The notes under the pieces are model-generated. The model was not told the DNA's origin. It ran no database searches and saw only the letters and a program-made list of their open reading frames with translations. The position numbers were made by a program, and so were the translations under genes. DNA of 64,000 nucleotides from Octopus sinensis (taxonomy: Eukaryota), in NCBI RefSeq assembly GCF_006345805.1, contig NC_043002.1, positions 20,274,001-20,338,000 on the forward strand, written 5' to 3'. Below, in pieces: positions 38,504 through 51,305 of the stretch. Each line of letters opens with the position of its first letter. The stretch's first letter is position 1.

Positions 38504-38730
38504 TTAACCTTTCGTTACCAACCCGGCTGAAACCGGCTCTGGCTCTGAGTACAAATGTCTTGTTTTCATAAGTTTTGAATTAAAATCTTCCACCAAACCT
38601 TAGCCACAATTTCTGTTCCTAACACTAGCTTAATGATAACTAAGTTATTTTACTAAATTCTGAGTTGTATTTAAAGTAATTGAAAGAAACACAGAACATC
38701 TCAAAATAAATACAGTAACAAAAGGATTAA
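38504..38730 (-). mobile_element. TTAA-flanked MITE, third copy (inverted)
   Basis: ttaacctttcgttacc...gtaacaaaaggattaa; TTAA at both ends with short TIRs. Confidence 0.78.
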
Positions 38731-40151
38731 AGAAAGTGAGAAGTTTGTTGCAGCATGTCAAGTGAAAATGCAGAAGCTACCTTGCAAAAACTCCTGTTAG
38801 ACAGGGCATGCCTCTCATCCCTTTCGAGATCCAAATAAGTACCAGCTAAGCAGTGGGGTTGATGTAATCAATTCGCCTGCCTCCCCTGAAATTGCTGGCC
38901 TTGTGCCAAAATTTGAAACCAGTGTTTTTTAGTGATGGCTGTAAATTTATATTTGTAACATAATTTAAGACTTCAAATGCATGGTTCTTCCATATTTTAA
39001 AGATAAGAATTTATCAAGGTATATTTATTTCTAAATTTTATGAGAAAGCACTCCTTCTTCTAAGATAAATACCTTTCTACCTGCCAAAAACCCATAACAT
39101 GCAATTAATACTTTTTACAGGAAGAAAACAGAATAATAGGTTTTGCTTAAGAGTTGAGCACATGGGCTACCTTGGATTGAAATCATGACGATGTAAAAAT
39201 ATGTAATTTCAAACAATGCCACTTATACTAAAGAACATCAGGCAGCATATTTTCCCTACTTGGCTCAGTTGTTGCTTTTAACCTTCTTTTGATCAGATGT
39301 GTTTCAGTAATGACTATCCTATCTTTTATTCAGAACTAGTGCAGCTAGGACATTAACCAATGTATCCTATACTTCTTAAGACAATAATCTTTTATTTTTT
39401 AACTTGTTTCGGTCATTGGACTGAAGTACCATCTTGACCCAGTAGTCATTTCTTTTCGTTAGTCCCCTTTTCGAAACCAACAAGTTACAGGGGTGTAAAC
39501 AAACCAACAGCAGTTGTCAAGCAGCAGTAAGGAACTGACACATACACACAATAGGCTGCTTTCAGTTTCTTTCTGGAGCTGTAGTAAAAGACACTCATGG
39601 TATCAAACAGAGGGACTGAACATGGAACCATGTGGCTAGAAGGCAAATTTCTCAACCCCACAGTCATGTCTGTTAAGACAGGCTTCTATTTGTAGCAAGC
39701 TGGTTCCTCACAATATAACATCAAGGATTTTACTTCTAAAACATTAGGAGATTTAGCTGCCATTTCAAGCCAATTGAGCAACCACCTAGAAGTATCAGTA
39801 TTAATTAATGGCCATTAGCTGGTGATGGCAGAATGAGGTGATGATCACAGTAAAAATGAGATTAACCCCAAGTCAGCCCTGATCCAGAAGAACAAAAGCA
39901 TTCTAGCCATAATCATATCTTATCTTATTTTTCAAACAATGTATCAAGAATTACTTTATTCAGTCTCATTTTAAGATGGCAGCAATTTGATGAGGAATTG
40001 GCTGCAATTTTAGCAAGTCCAGTAACTGTATGGAGCTGGAGTCTCCAAATTTTTCTCCCAAAGTACTCATTCATTATATTCAGCAGTTTTGGTATACCAC
40101 TTGTGAAGAGTATATTGTGAAATGGTTGGATACCATAAACTAGACAACAGT

Positions 40152-40560
40152 TAAGCCGGTGAGCTGGCAGAAATGTTAGCACACCGGTCGAAATGCTTAG
40201 CAGTATTTCGTCTGTCTTTACGTTGAGTTTAAATTGCGCCGAGGCTGACTTTGCCTTTCATCCTTTCGGGGTCAATAAATTAAATACCAGTTACACACTG
40301 GGGTCGATGTAATCAACTTAATCCCTTTGTCTGTTCTTGTTGTTTCCTCTCTGTGTTTAGCCCCTTGTGGGTAGTAAAGAAATAGGTATTTCATCTGTCT
40401 TTACATCCTGAATTCAAATTCCGCTGAGGTTGACTTTGCCTTTCATCCTTTCGGGGTCAATAAATTAAGTACCAATTACACACTGGGGTCGATGTAATCG
40501 ACTTAATCCCTTTGTCTGTCCCTTCTATGTCTATCCCCTTGTGGGCAATAAAGAAATAAT
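40152..40560 (+). mobile_element. Dimeric SINE family B
   Basis: A box plus two tandem B-box/core/tail units (about 185 bp period). Confidence 0.88.
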
Positions 40561-41053
40561 AAACTAGATAACAGTGTTTATCATTTATAATAGTGGGTAT
40601 CATTTTACATAAAACAATGAGCATAATTACATATATATAATGTTATTAATTATTATCTTTGGCTGTCTTGACTTCCAAACAAAATATCTTACAAAGTTTT
40701 GTATTAAATACTATTTACTAAATCTGAAGATGCACCATTGAGAAGTAGTTGGTTGCAATTAGTTCAAAACTGAAGTGTTTCTACAAATATTGCACAACCC
40801 CATTAATTCCTCTTATGAACTCCTAGGGTCACATATCCCATGGTTTTAGAACCACAAGCATAAGGTTTTATTACTAATTTGCAACAGTTAAATAGATCAT
40901 GTTGATGATATAGATGAGGGTAATGATGAAGACAACAACAGTGAGAAATATATTGCCCAAAATGTCTTCTTCCTTAAAAAGACAAGGTGTGATTTGAGGA
41001 AGATTTAGCAGATACTTTCAGAACTTCTAGAGACTATATAGAAGTTTCTTTAC

Positions 41054-41135
41054 TGCCTTGCACTACCCACCACAGCAGACCAATAGGATTGTTAAAATAA
41101 TCCTATTGGTCAGCTGTGGTGGGTAGTGCAAGGCA
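41054..41135. repeat. Near-perfect hairpin: 37-bp arms, 8-nt loop, 1 mismatch
   Basis: tgccttgcactacccaccacagcagaccaataggatt / aatcctattggtcagctgtggtgggtagtgcaaggca. Confidence 0.95.
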
Positions 41136-41378
41136 TTTGACTGGAAGCAATGGCAACCTTGGTATCTACAGATTTCAACCAACCAATTTTTAGCCTAGAT
41201 ATGATGGATATAAAATATAGTAAATAAATATATAAATCTCCTCTCCACAGTCTCCTACTAAAAGAAAACCAAACAAATAAACTAATTATTTATCTCTAAG
41301 AGAGCTCAAGAAGACTGATAAGTACTTGGTTACTTTGACTCATAATTACTGAGACATAACATCCATGCATACATGTAA

Positions 41379-41447
<69 letters not shown>

Positions 41448-42358
41448 ACACACACGCTCCACATATTGCTCCTATACACTTTACTCCTGGCTAAATGAAA
41501 AAAGACACACAAGCTCTCTGTAAATATATATATTTAAATTATATATATATGTGTGTGTGTGTATCTACACATATACACTCTCTAATTCAGGGTGTGTGTA
41601 TTTATATTTCTTTTCTGAAATTTTCATCTTACTTCAAGGTAAGGTTTCCTCTCATAATTACCCAATTCCAACTAGAAAACAAGCCCTATTTCACAGAGTG
41701 AGAACTTTTTCCTTATCATTTGAAAAACGAGACAGACAGCCAAACAAACAGACCCTCTCCAACTCATTCGTGGCTCACCAGTCATTACCAGTCACTTCTT
41801 TAATATTTATTTTAAGACTTCAAGAAGAGCTAAGAACATTAACATTACAGACCCTTGTTTCTCAGAGTGTTTTGAAATCTGTGCCACATTTCCTTTATAG
41901 CTTCTTCACTAATTAACATATGTGGATGTGTAAGGTTATGTATGTGTGTGTGGAAGGGGTGGGGGCCAGAAAATAAATGACATTTCATTCCCAATGAATA
42001 TTACAGATATCACATTTACAGTGTGTATGCATGTATGTTTGTATATATTTGTCTATTAGTACCTGAGAGTGTTATGTTTGCATTGAATATATATTCACAC
42101 ACACACGTGCGTGTTTGTGTGTGCATGTCAACAATTATGTATTTCTAGATTATCATCATCATCATATGTCCATCATCCATGCTGGTATGGGGTGGGATGA
42201 TCTGATAGGAACTGGCAAGCTAGAAGACAGTGCCAAACTCAACACTATGCTTTGGCAAGGTTTCTACAGCTGGATACCCTTCCAAATACCAATCACTTTA
42301 TAGTGTAGTGGGTGCTTTTTACATGCCACCAGCAACAATGAGATCACCATTATATATA

Positions 42359-42391
<33 letters not shown>

Positions 42392-42530
42392 GTAAATACA
42401 CACTTATTTGTAAATAATATAAGTATGTACATGAAGGTATGTAAGCATTAATGTGTATGAGAATATAAGCATGAATGAGAATGAACACATGTGCATGAAT
42501 GTACAGATACATGTATACATGAATGAATGT

Positions 42531-42570
<40 letters not shown>

Positions 42571-43499
42571 TCATTTATTTTTCCATGCTAGCATGAGCTG
42601 GACAGGTCACCACACTTCAAATCATTTCTTAGATTTACTGCTCACCTCAATGAGCAATAACTGTTGAGCTTAAGATCATAAGGTTGTGGGTTCATTTACC
42701 GGCCTAGACAGCATAGTGTGTCTTTGAACAAAGAATTTCATTTCAAGATGCTCCAGTTTGTTCAACTGTAAAAGAGTTCCAGCCAAGTTCTGATGCAGTT
42801 CCCTTTGTCACATCCACAATATTCCACTGGGTCAAAGGTAGGACAGTGTCCATGTCTGCTTGCAACTACATAAGCAGATAAAGCAACTAGCGAAAGTACA
42901 TTACAAGCTACCATTTTACATTTACTTGCAAGTGATAACTAAGCTTTTGGTGGTGGCTGGGAGAGCAATGCTGATGATGACAACAATGGTGATTATTTGC
43001 TACAAGAATGTTAGATAAGAGGACTGGTAGCTAATGTGGGGCACAAATACTTGACTAATACTAAGTATCCATTCTGTAAGGACAAATGTCAAAATTGACC
43101 CCGATGAGATTTGAACTCGCAACACACAGGGGCATAGCTAAATACTGCAAAGCATATAGTCCAGTACTGTAATGATTCTACCACACATCTTTCTAATAGC
43201 AATTATCATCACTGATTTCTGACTAAGCCCAAAGCTGTACAGTCTTGTTGATTGTGGATGCTGTATTATTTGAATGTGATACATCAAAAAAACTTGACTG
43301 AATTTGAACTCAGAACATAGAGGATTATAACTACTGGAAATTACTTTTTTCAATCATGCACTTTTTTTATTGACCTCAGAAGAATGGAAGACTAAGATAA
43401 CTCCAGTAGGATTTGAACTCAGAATGTAAAGGAACATAAGTAAATATCACAAAGCACTTTGTCTGTTACTCTACTTGACAATTCTGTTACCTCTCAACA

Positions 43500-43712
43500 C
43501 ATGATTATATGCTAGAACTAGCAGCTAAATCTCACATCAAAACACATTTTAAGCATTTCCAAAAAGCAAAATAGGACACTGGTTATTTTGCTCCTGGATA
43601 CAACATTTGAAGAAAAATAATTAAGAAAGACAGGATGGTCATAGCTGGAACGATTTTGAATTATAGGTTTGGTTGACCAGAGCTGACCTAGAGCTGAACA
43701 ACAGCAGCATGA
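43500..43712 (+). mobile_element. Abundant diverged short retroposon family E, (AAC)n-tailed; representative copy
   Basis: ctagaa..agcagc.aaatct...ggatggtcatagctggaa...ctgacct..gctaaacaacaac. Diverged copies recur at about 13530, 14090, 22940, 24040, 25200, 25740, 28400, 30770, 34670, 44770, 49880, 61750 and 63830. Confidence 0.7.
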
Positions 43713-44105
43713 CAAATGTTTACTTTTAATGTCAAGAAGACAGTAACAATAAGACTTGGGGTAGTTTGTGTAGGTGTTGGAAACGACAAGAAGAAGAACA
43801 AATGATTAATGATGCTATAACTGGACTTGCTGCTAGCAGACATCATTGTTTCGGTAAGATAACAAATAGAACACACCATATACAGATAACAACATACCAC
43901 CACCACAACTCCACGGTATCAAGAATATTATTAGCATCATCATCATCACTACTATCATTATTGTAGTGATAACAACCACTAGATACTAATACTACAATCC
44001 CCACCACAGAATACCATGGTTATGATTGCAAACACCACTATTCTGCACTGAACAGCATCAACAGTGCCATCACCACTACCATCATTATCAGCATAATGAT
44101 AACCA

Positions 44106-44480
44106 GGTGTAGGAGTGGCTGTGTGGTAGGTAGCTTGCTTATGAACCACATGGTTCTGGGTTCAGTCCCACCGCGTGGCACCTTGGGCAGATCAAAGCCT
44201 TGTGAGTGGATTTGGTAGACGGAAACTGAAAGAAGCCCATAGTATTTATGTATGTGTGTGTGTGTGTATGCTTGTGTGTCTGTGTTTGTCCCCCAACATC
44301 GCTTGACAACCGATGCTAGTGTGTTTACATCCCCATAACTTAGCGGTTCAGCAAAAGAGACTGATAGAATAAGTACTAAGCTTACAAAGAATAAATCCTG
44401 GGGTCGATTTGCTTGACTAAAGGTGGTGCTCCAGCATGGCCACAGTCACATGACTGAAACAAATAAAAGAGTAAAAGAGT
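44106..44480 (+). mobile_element. SINE family A
   Basis: Same head and tail; small deletion after ccttgggcag. Confidence 0.9.
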
Positions 44481-45791
44481 AACCACAAAACACTATGTTA
44501 CAATAGCCACCACAAATTACCTCTACCACTACTACTACTACTACCACCATCACTATCCCCAATACCACAAAATATGACAACTACCACCACAACCTACTAA
44601 TACTACAACTACAAATTTCTACCACTACCAACACTACTCCTACAATCATAAACTTCAACAACAGACATCACAACTTAATACTGCAAACTGAAATAACTAG
44701 AACCACCACAACAATCACTACAACATCAACCACTGAAAAATTTTACAACTCAGCCAACAAAGTAATATCTACATGGTCACTCAGCTTGCTAGAACTAGTA
44801 GCTAAATATCCCTCAAATGCCATCCTACAGTGTTAAATGTGGAAACATGGGGTCATGTTGTCTGAGGTTGATTATACTACAAAAATAAAAATAGGATGGA
44901 CTTGTTAGAAATGCCTTTGATCACTAGGTCTGCTGGATCATAAATGGCTTAGGGTTAAACAACAACCACCATAGAAACATGAAATAATTTTTAAAATATC
45001 CTCACAACTCATCATTAAACATGTTGCCATGGTAATGAGATTAAAAACTAAACAAAATGAAGTAAAACCATAACTTGTTAAAATATATAAATAACATCCG
45101 TTAACAGAATATAAGAAAAACATGTAAAATGATAAGAAAGCAGAAAAAGATGGTAAACTATTTTTATCTAAACCTTTTCACTTCATTAGATAGACATAAG
45201 TACACAGACAGACAGGTACACATATGTATGTGTATATATATGTGCATCTATATGTATGTAAAAGTTATCACACTTATAACTTTGTATGCTGTCATGGGTT
45301 GGCCAGGTTGTCATGATCTTTATTTCTTTTTAGGTGCGTGCATGTGTGCACACACACAAACGCATATGATCTTCATTTAATATCTCTTGCTGCATGCTAG
45401 CATGAGTTAGATGGTTTTACAGGATTTCATGAATTCAAGGACTCTATCATACTCCAGTGTCTATTTTAACCCGATTTCTACAGCTGGATGCCTTTCCTAA
45501 CACCAACCACTTTACAGTGGAGGTTTTTTTCATGCCATCAGCATATATACCCCTCTATATCTGCAGTTACCTCTCCCTCACCTCTCAAGCCGTTTGCTGT
45601 CGATATCCATCACACTGACTTACCACCAACAACCATCTCCTCTCCTATGTACCACCAACAACTGCTACTGCTATGTACCATTGATCACCTTCACCTCCAT
45701 TTGGCATTAATCATCTCTGTCCTTATTACTATATATCACTCCTATACTTCTGCATCTATCACCCACCCTGTCAGTTCCTTATTTTACCAAC

Positions 45792-46202
45792 ATTTCTTAT
45801 TTCTTTATTGCCCACAAGAGACTAAACATAGAGGGGACAAACATAGGGATTAAGTCGATTACATCGACCGACCCCAGTGTGTAACTGGTACTTAATTTAT
45901 CGACTCCGAAAGGATGAAAAGTAAAGTCGATCTCGGCAGAATTTGAACTCCGAACGTAGCGACAGGTGAAATACCTATTTCTTTACTACCCACAAGGGGC
46001 TAAACACAGAGAGGAGAAACAAGGACAGACAAATGGATTAAGTCAATTACATCGACCCCAGTGCGTAACTGGTATTTATTTAATTGACCCCGAAAGGATG
46101 AAAGGCTAAGTCGACCTTGGCAGAATTTGAATTCAGAACACAGCGGCAGACGAAATACCACTAAGAATTTCGCCCGGCGTGCTAACGATTCTGCCAGCTC
46201 GC
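45792..46202 (-). mobile_element. Dimeric SINE family B, inverted relative to 40152-40560
   Basis: Same two-unit architecture and the same junction (gtgggtagtaaagaaataggtatttc). Confidence 0.88.
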
Positions 46203-47607
46203 AAAATGTTTTACCAACATTTCTATTCACTTTCGTGGACCCGTTACTGAAAGGGTACAAATAGAGTAGTAAGGACTTTCTAGTGTTATGTGATGCAAGG
46301 CCATCTCACTAATTCTATTGCCTTGATAAAATGCATTCAATACACTCTGTACAGTTGTTGGCAATGAGCCAAGACACTACCAGGTTGAGAGGACTCTAGT
46401 CTTGTCACAGACATGATACCCTCTCTGGTGCATAATAATGATAAAAGCAACCAGTATCTGTAAAAAAGTTGGTGATAGGAAGGGCATCAAACCGTAGAAA
46501 CCCAACCAAAAATGTAATGTAAAAGTGAGTTATGAACTGTAACAGACCATTCAAAATCATGCCCTCACTGAAAACTGATGTTCATATTTGCATATTTTAT
46601 ACATCATCATCATGGCATGGGTTGGACAGTTTGACAAACCTGCTAAGCTGCACCAGGTTCCAATCTGATTTGGCATGGTTTCTACAGCTGGATGCCCTTC
46701 TTAACACCAACCATACCAAGAGTGTAGTGGGTGCTTTTTACTTGCCACTGTAGTTTTGATTCCTACACTGGGTGTTGCGCTATGTTCTTGAGTAAAACAT
46801 GTAATTTTACATTGTTCTATGATCATTTCATCAGATGTATGAGCAGCTGATAATGCGGAACCGAGTAAACATATATTCTATTCTCATATATTTATAAATA
46901 CACACACACTGTAGATATGGCCGGTCTATGGGGTTACTCTGAGTTTCATGTGCATAAAGCGCTTAGCTCTACAGTGTTTCTTCAGACCAAGTTTAGGGTC
47001 CAAAGAAACATTGTAAATCTAAGTGCATTATGTTAAACCCAGGGTAACCTCATATCTATATCTATATACTCTATTGCTCTATAACTTATAGTGTGCTCCT
47101 TTTTTAGGTTCATGATTTGACGATATATATAAAATCGTGCACACACAACGTATGCATGCATGCACACACCCACACATACTGGAGCACTCAAATAGCATCA
47201 AAATCTATTAGAGTAGGAGGTGTAAAAATTGTTAGCCATGTAACAATTACATATTAATCCAACCAGATTAACATAATCCATTTAGATTTATTAGCTAATC
47301 GACAAATAATTTCTAATGCTTCTTATCATTCAAAGTTTATCAAACAGTAGACAAAAGCCAATCAGATTTTCTCTTTAATACCTGCAATAGATTTGTGGAT
47401 TAACAAAGATTTGTTTAAGTGTATGCATGTGCATGCACATGTGTATGTGCATACAGGTTATAGGGAAAGTGTCCCCTGTCATTGTTAAATGTTATCCTTA
47501 ATAAAAGCTTTAAAAAAAACAAAGAAAAATATATATTCAAAAATGAGGTTTTGTTTTCCTTTTGTTGCTGAAGTTAATACCTGCAATGTATGTATATATA
47601 TAGATAT

Positions 47608-47642
<35 letters not shown>

Positions 47643-47685
47643 TTCAAATCATGCCTGCAACGTATGTGTATGTATCCATATGTAA

Positions 47686-47990
47686 ACATGGCTTAGTGGT
47701 TAGGGCATCACACCAACGATCCCAAGTTCGTAGTTTCAATTCCCATACCAGGTATTGCACTATGTTCTTGAGTAAATCGCTTCATTTCACATTGCTCTGT
47801 GATCATTTCATCATGACATGCAGCACATCATGCACACCTATACCAGTAATGTTGAATTGATGAAGGGAGTGAGCTTATGTGAACACAAACATTTGATCAC
47901 TATAAACAAATCATCAGTGTGGTTGTTCAGCAAGAGATTGAAGAACCCTCATACATCATCAGACAACAGGAGAGTTCATGATATACCCAC
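47686..47990 (+). mobile_element. tRNA-derived SINE family D
   Basis: tggcttagtggttaggg (A box), gtttcaattccc (B box), atgttcttgagtaa; a related fragment lies at 46765-46870. Confidence 0.7.
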
Positions 47991-48024
47991 ATATGTATCC
48001 ATGTAAATTATACATGCACACACA

Positions 48025-48197
48025 GGTGTACGAGTGGCTGTGTGGTAAGTAGCTTGCTTACCAACCACATGGTTCCGGGTTCAGTCCAACTGCGTGGCAC
48101 TTTGGGCAACTGTCTTCTACCATAGTCTCGGGCCGACCAAAGCCTTGTGAGTGGATTTGATAGACAGAAACTGAAAGAAGCCCATCGTATACATGTG

Positions 48198-48266
<69 letters not shown>

Positions 48267-48486
48267 GTGCGCACGTTTGTGTGTCTGTGTTTGTTCCCCC
48301 AACATCGCTTGACAACCGATGCTGGTGTGTTAACATCCCTGTAACTTAGCAGTTCAGCAAAAGAGATCCGATAGAATAAGTACTAGGCTTACAAAGAATA
48401 AGTCCTGGAGTCGATTTGCTTGACTAAAGGTGGTGCTCCAGCATGGCCACAGTCAAATGACTGAAACAAGTGAAAGAGTAAAGAGT
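48025..48486 (+). mobile_element. SINE family A with expanded (TG)n
   Basis: Same head and tail; long internal TG tract. Confidence 0.92.
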
Positions 48487-50559
48487 ATACTTACACATAT
48501 AGTCATATATATTTGTTACACAACATAGCTATATATATTTGTGTATATTAGTGTGCAGTTTCATTAGACTTAATACAAATATTGAATCTTTCATTCAATA
48601 TTTTTTATATATACATTTAAAAACATTTAACTGTATATGTATGAGCACGCATGTATATGCATGTGCGGTACTGTACTTCAGTATATCAGAATGCATGTAT
48701 ACATTTAGTCAACACTTCATGGTTTGTATTGGTTAAAAAGTTTACAGATATTCTGTAGCTATGAAAAGCAACACTAACACACTAATAATTTACGTATAAC
48801 ATACATAAATACAGTGAATTAAAATTTGTCTTCTAATTAGTAAAAGAAAGAACTTGCAGAAAATTTACTTGCCATGCTTAAGGAAAAATCTAAACTGTTT
48901 TAAGGTAAGGTCTTAGCTATGGACTTGTTTCTTCCTTATTAGACCTCAGCAGCATATGCAAGTAAATATATACATAATTGTATATGTTCATGCATACATA
49001 TAATAATTTTGTCATTAGCTTTCCATAGTTCCTCTTTCTTTCATTTGCCCCCAGGCAAATCTACTTATACTTTAGCCAGCATGGACAACAGACATTAAAT
49101 AGTGATGATATGATGATGAAATGTCTATTGCAGCTATAACCAAAATAGATAAAAACCTTATTGACTATATTAAAACTCATGCCAAAAGTAGAATGGATAT
49201 AACAAGGTCAGCTCAACTCTTTTCATTGGCTAAAACCGGCCAATCAGCTCAGCAAGTTTTTAGGAAACTACACACCCTACATAAGTTAAAAGGAAACTCA
49301 TGTTTGAGAATTAGGAACACTGGCTACCTTAGCTAACAGTTGGTTTTACCAAACTGTCTTACTTTACCAGTTTATATGCATTCTCTCTCATCCTTTCTAT
49401 CACTGCCTTGATCAACCAGCTTAGAGCTCATAACAATCACAAAATTATAATAGAGCTAATTTTCTTTCTTGTTTTGTATACATACAACTCTAAGAGTAAA
49501 GAACATTTGATTGTATTCTGTTACATTATGAAAGTAATATTTCATCCTTTTCCCTGCTGTAAGCTGTCAGACTACTTGGCCTGATATAATTTTCATTTAA
49601 CAAAAAAGAATTGCTGATGCACAAAATCAACTTCTCCACGGTAGAGCTTCACTATTATTGTAGGGCTTTGAGAAAGAAATGAAAGAGAACATTTGAGTTA
49701 GATTTCATAGTTATCTGCTAATGTTAGAGTACATATCTCTGAGTACAGTTCCACTTGGCTGTTCAGATTGAGTTTAAAGTACATACAAGGTACTTCAGAA
49801 GCCCTGAAGGTTGATTTAGCTTGTCAATATTAATTATTGCAAATACAAAATAAAAGGTAGCCATGGTATTTGATTCAGTATTGTAATTGCTTGGGCCCTC
49901 AAGTCATCTCTGATCAAGCAAACTTGTGGTTAAAGGTAATCCAGCTATGACCATCACATAATTTACTGAGACATGATACATACTGTATCTAGAACTACAT
50001 GTACTAAGTAGGTATTTCCTGAGTTTTTTTCATGATGAAAGTGTGTGATAGGAAGGAAATTTGAATGCTGCTTCTATCAGACCAAGCAACCAAAATAAGG
50101 ATCCCCTGTTGGTTAAATGATTAATGATTCTGTGATGTCAATCAAGTACCAAGCATCATTGGATTATCATCAGAAGCAGGACATTGCAACAAAGCCAGAG
50201 GTCATAATAGCCATTTAGAACACTGTATATATACATATTGTTAAAAGAGAAACAGAGAGAGTTAGCAGGAATTAGGAGGATAAAGCATGAGTAGAAGCTG
50301 ACGAGAAGCTATAAGAGGGGAATCAGAGCAGAAAATATGCAAAGAGAGAGATAGGGGTAGGGGAGATTGCGAGAAGGTTGATAGATAGTGGATGGAGGAA
50401 GGGGGTGAGAAGTGGGCAGATATAAAAGGAGGACAAGAGATAAAGAATATGAGAGAGAAAGAGATTAGTAAGAAATAGAATAGGCAGAGGTAGGAAGGCA
50501 AAATAAGCAGTGAAGAGGATGCATGTGGAGAACAGAAATGGTGGAGAGATAGTGAGTGG

Positions 50560-50800
50560 GAGGATGAGTGATGATCAGGGGGGAGGATGGGGAGGGAGAC
50601 AGAAAGAGATAAAGAGGATAATGAATAAGGGGGAAGACATTTCAAACAAACTGTCATCAGTTCTACAATCATCTATACTTGATAGAATAGAGGGAAGGCG
50701 ATCCCCTTATCAACTCTTCCACTTCACGCCCTGTTGTAATATATGCCAAGGGTGTATATTATCCCCATGAGAAAGCCTTGAAACAGCAACTGCAGTTATT
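50560..50800 (+). mobile_element. L2-like LINE relic
   Basis: SILDRIE followed by frameshifted LINSS resembles LDRxQxxAxxLI. A matching L2-like 3' end (PRT..LW..LP..IFP) lies at about 51490-51760 on minus. Confidence 0.4.
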
Positions 50801-51009
50801 GATATCTGACACAGGCACAAGTGAAGGTGGGGGGAATAGTGCAAACCCTGATACTGATATTGGTTTTATTAAACTCTGGGATTTAAATGGAGGTAAGTGA
50901 ATACTACAGGATATTAGGTCTGAAGCTCAGTCAATTCAGACAAACTTTTAAAGCAAGTGCAAAGTCACAAACTGAGCTGTAGTTAATAATATATATATGT
51001 ATTCTGAGT

Positions 51010-51305
51010 ACTTGACTGGTTTATCAAATCTGGAAGGGTGAAATCAAAGTTGAACTTAGCAGAATTTAGACTTAGAACATCAAATAAATATTGATTTCAA
51101 ATTTTGGCACAAGGCCAGCAATTTTGAGGAAGAGAGTAAGTCAATTACATCGATGCCAAAGCTCAGCTGGCACTCATTTTATTGGCCCTGAAAGGATGAC
51201 AGGTAAAGTTGACCTCAGTGGAATTTGAACTCAGAACATAAAGACAGACAAAATACCACCAAGCATTTTTCCTGGCATGCTAATGATTCTGCCAGCTCGC
51301 CGCTT
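51010..51305 (-). mobile_element. SINE family B (partial plus full copy)
   Basis: gaaaggatgacaggtaaagttgacctc...gattctgccagctcgccgc. Confidence 0.85.

Noticed and set aside
47686-47760. tRNA-like sequence
   Set aside because: It has A/B boxes but no complete cloverleaf, and it continues into a SINE body. The same applies to the family A and B heads, so no true tRNA gene is called.
49121-49336. 71-aa plus ORF (MSIAAITKIDK...)
   Set aside because: No domain, no convincing splice sites and no partner exons.
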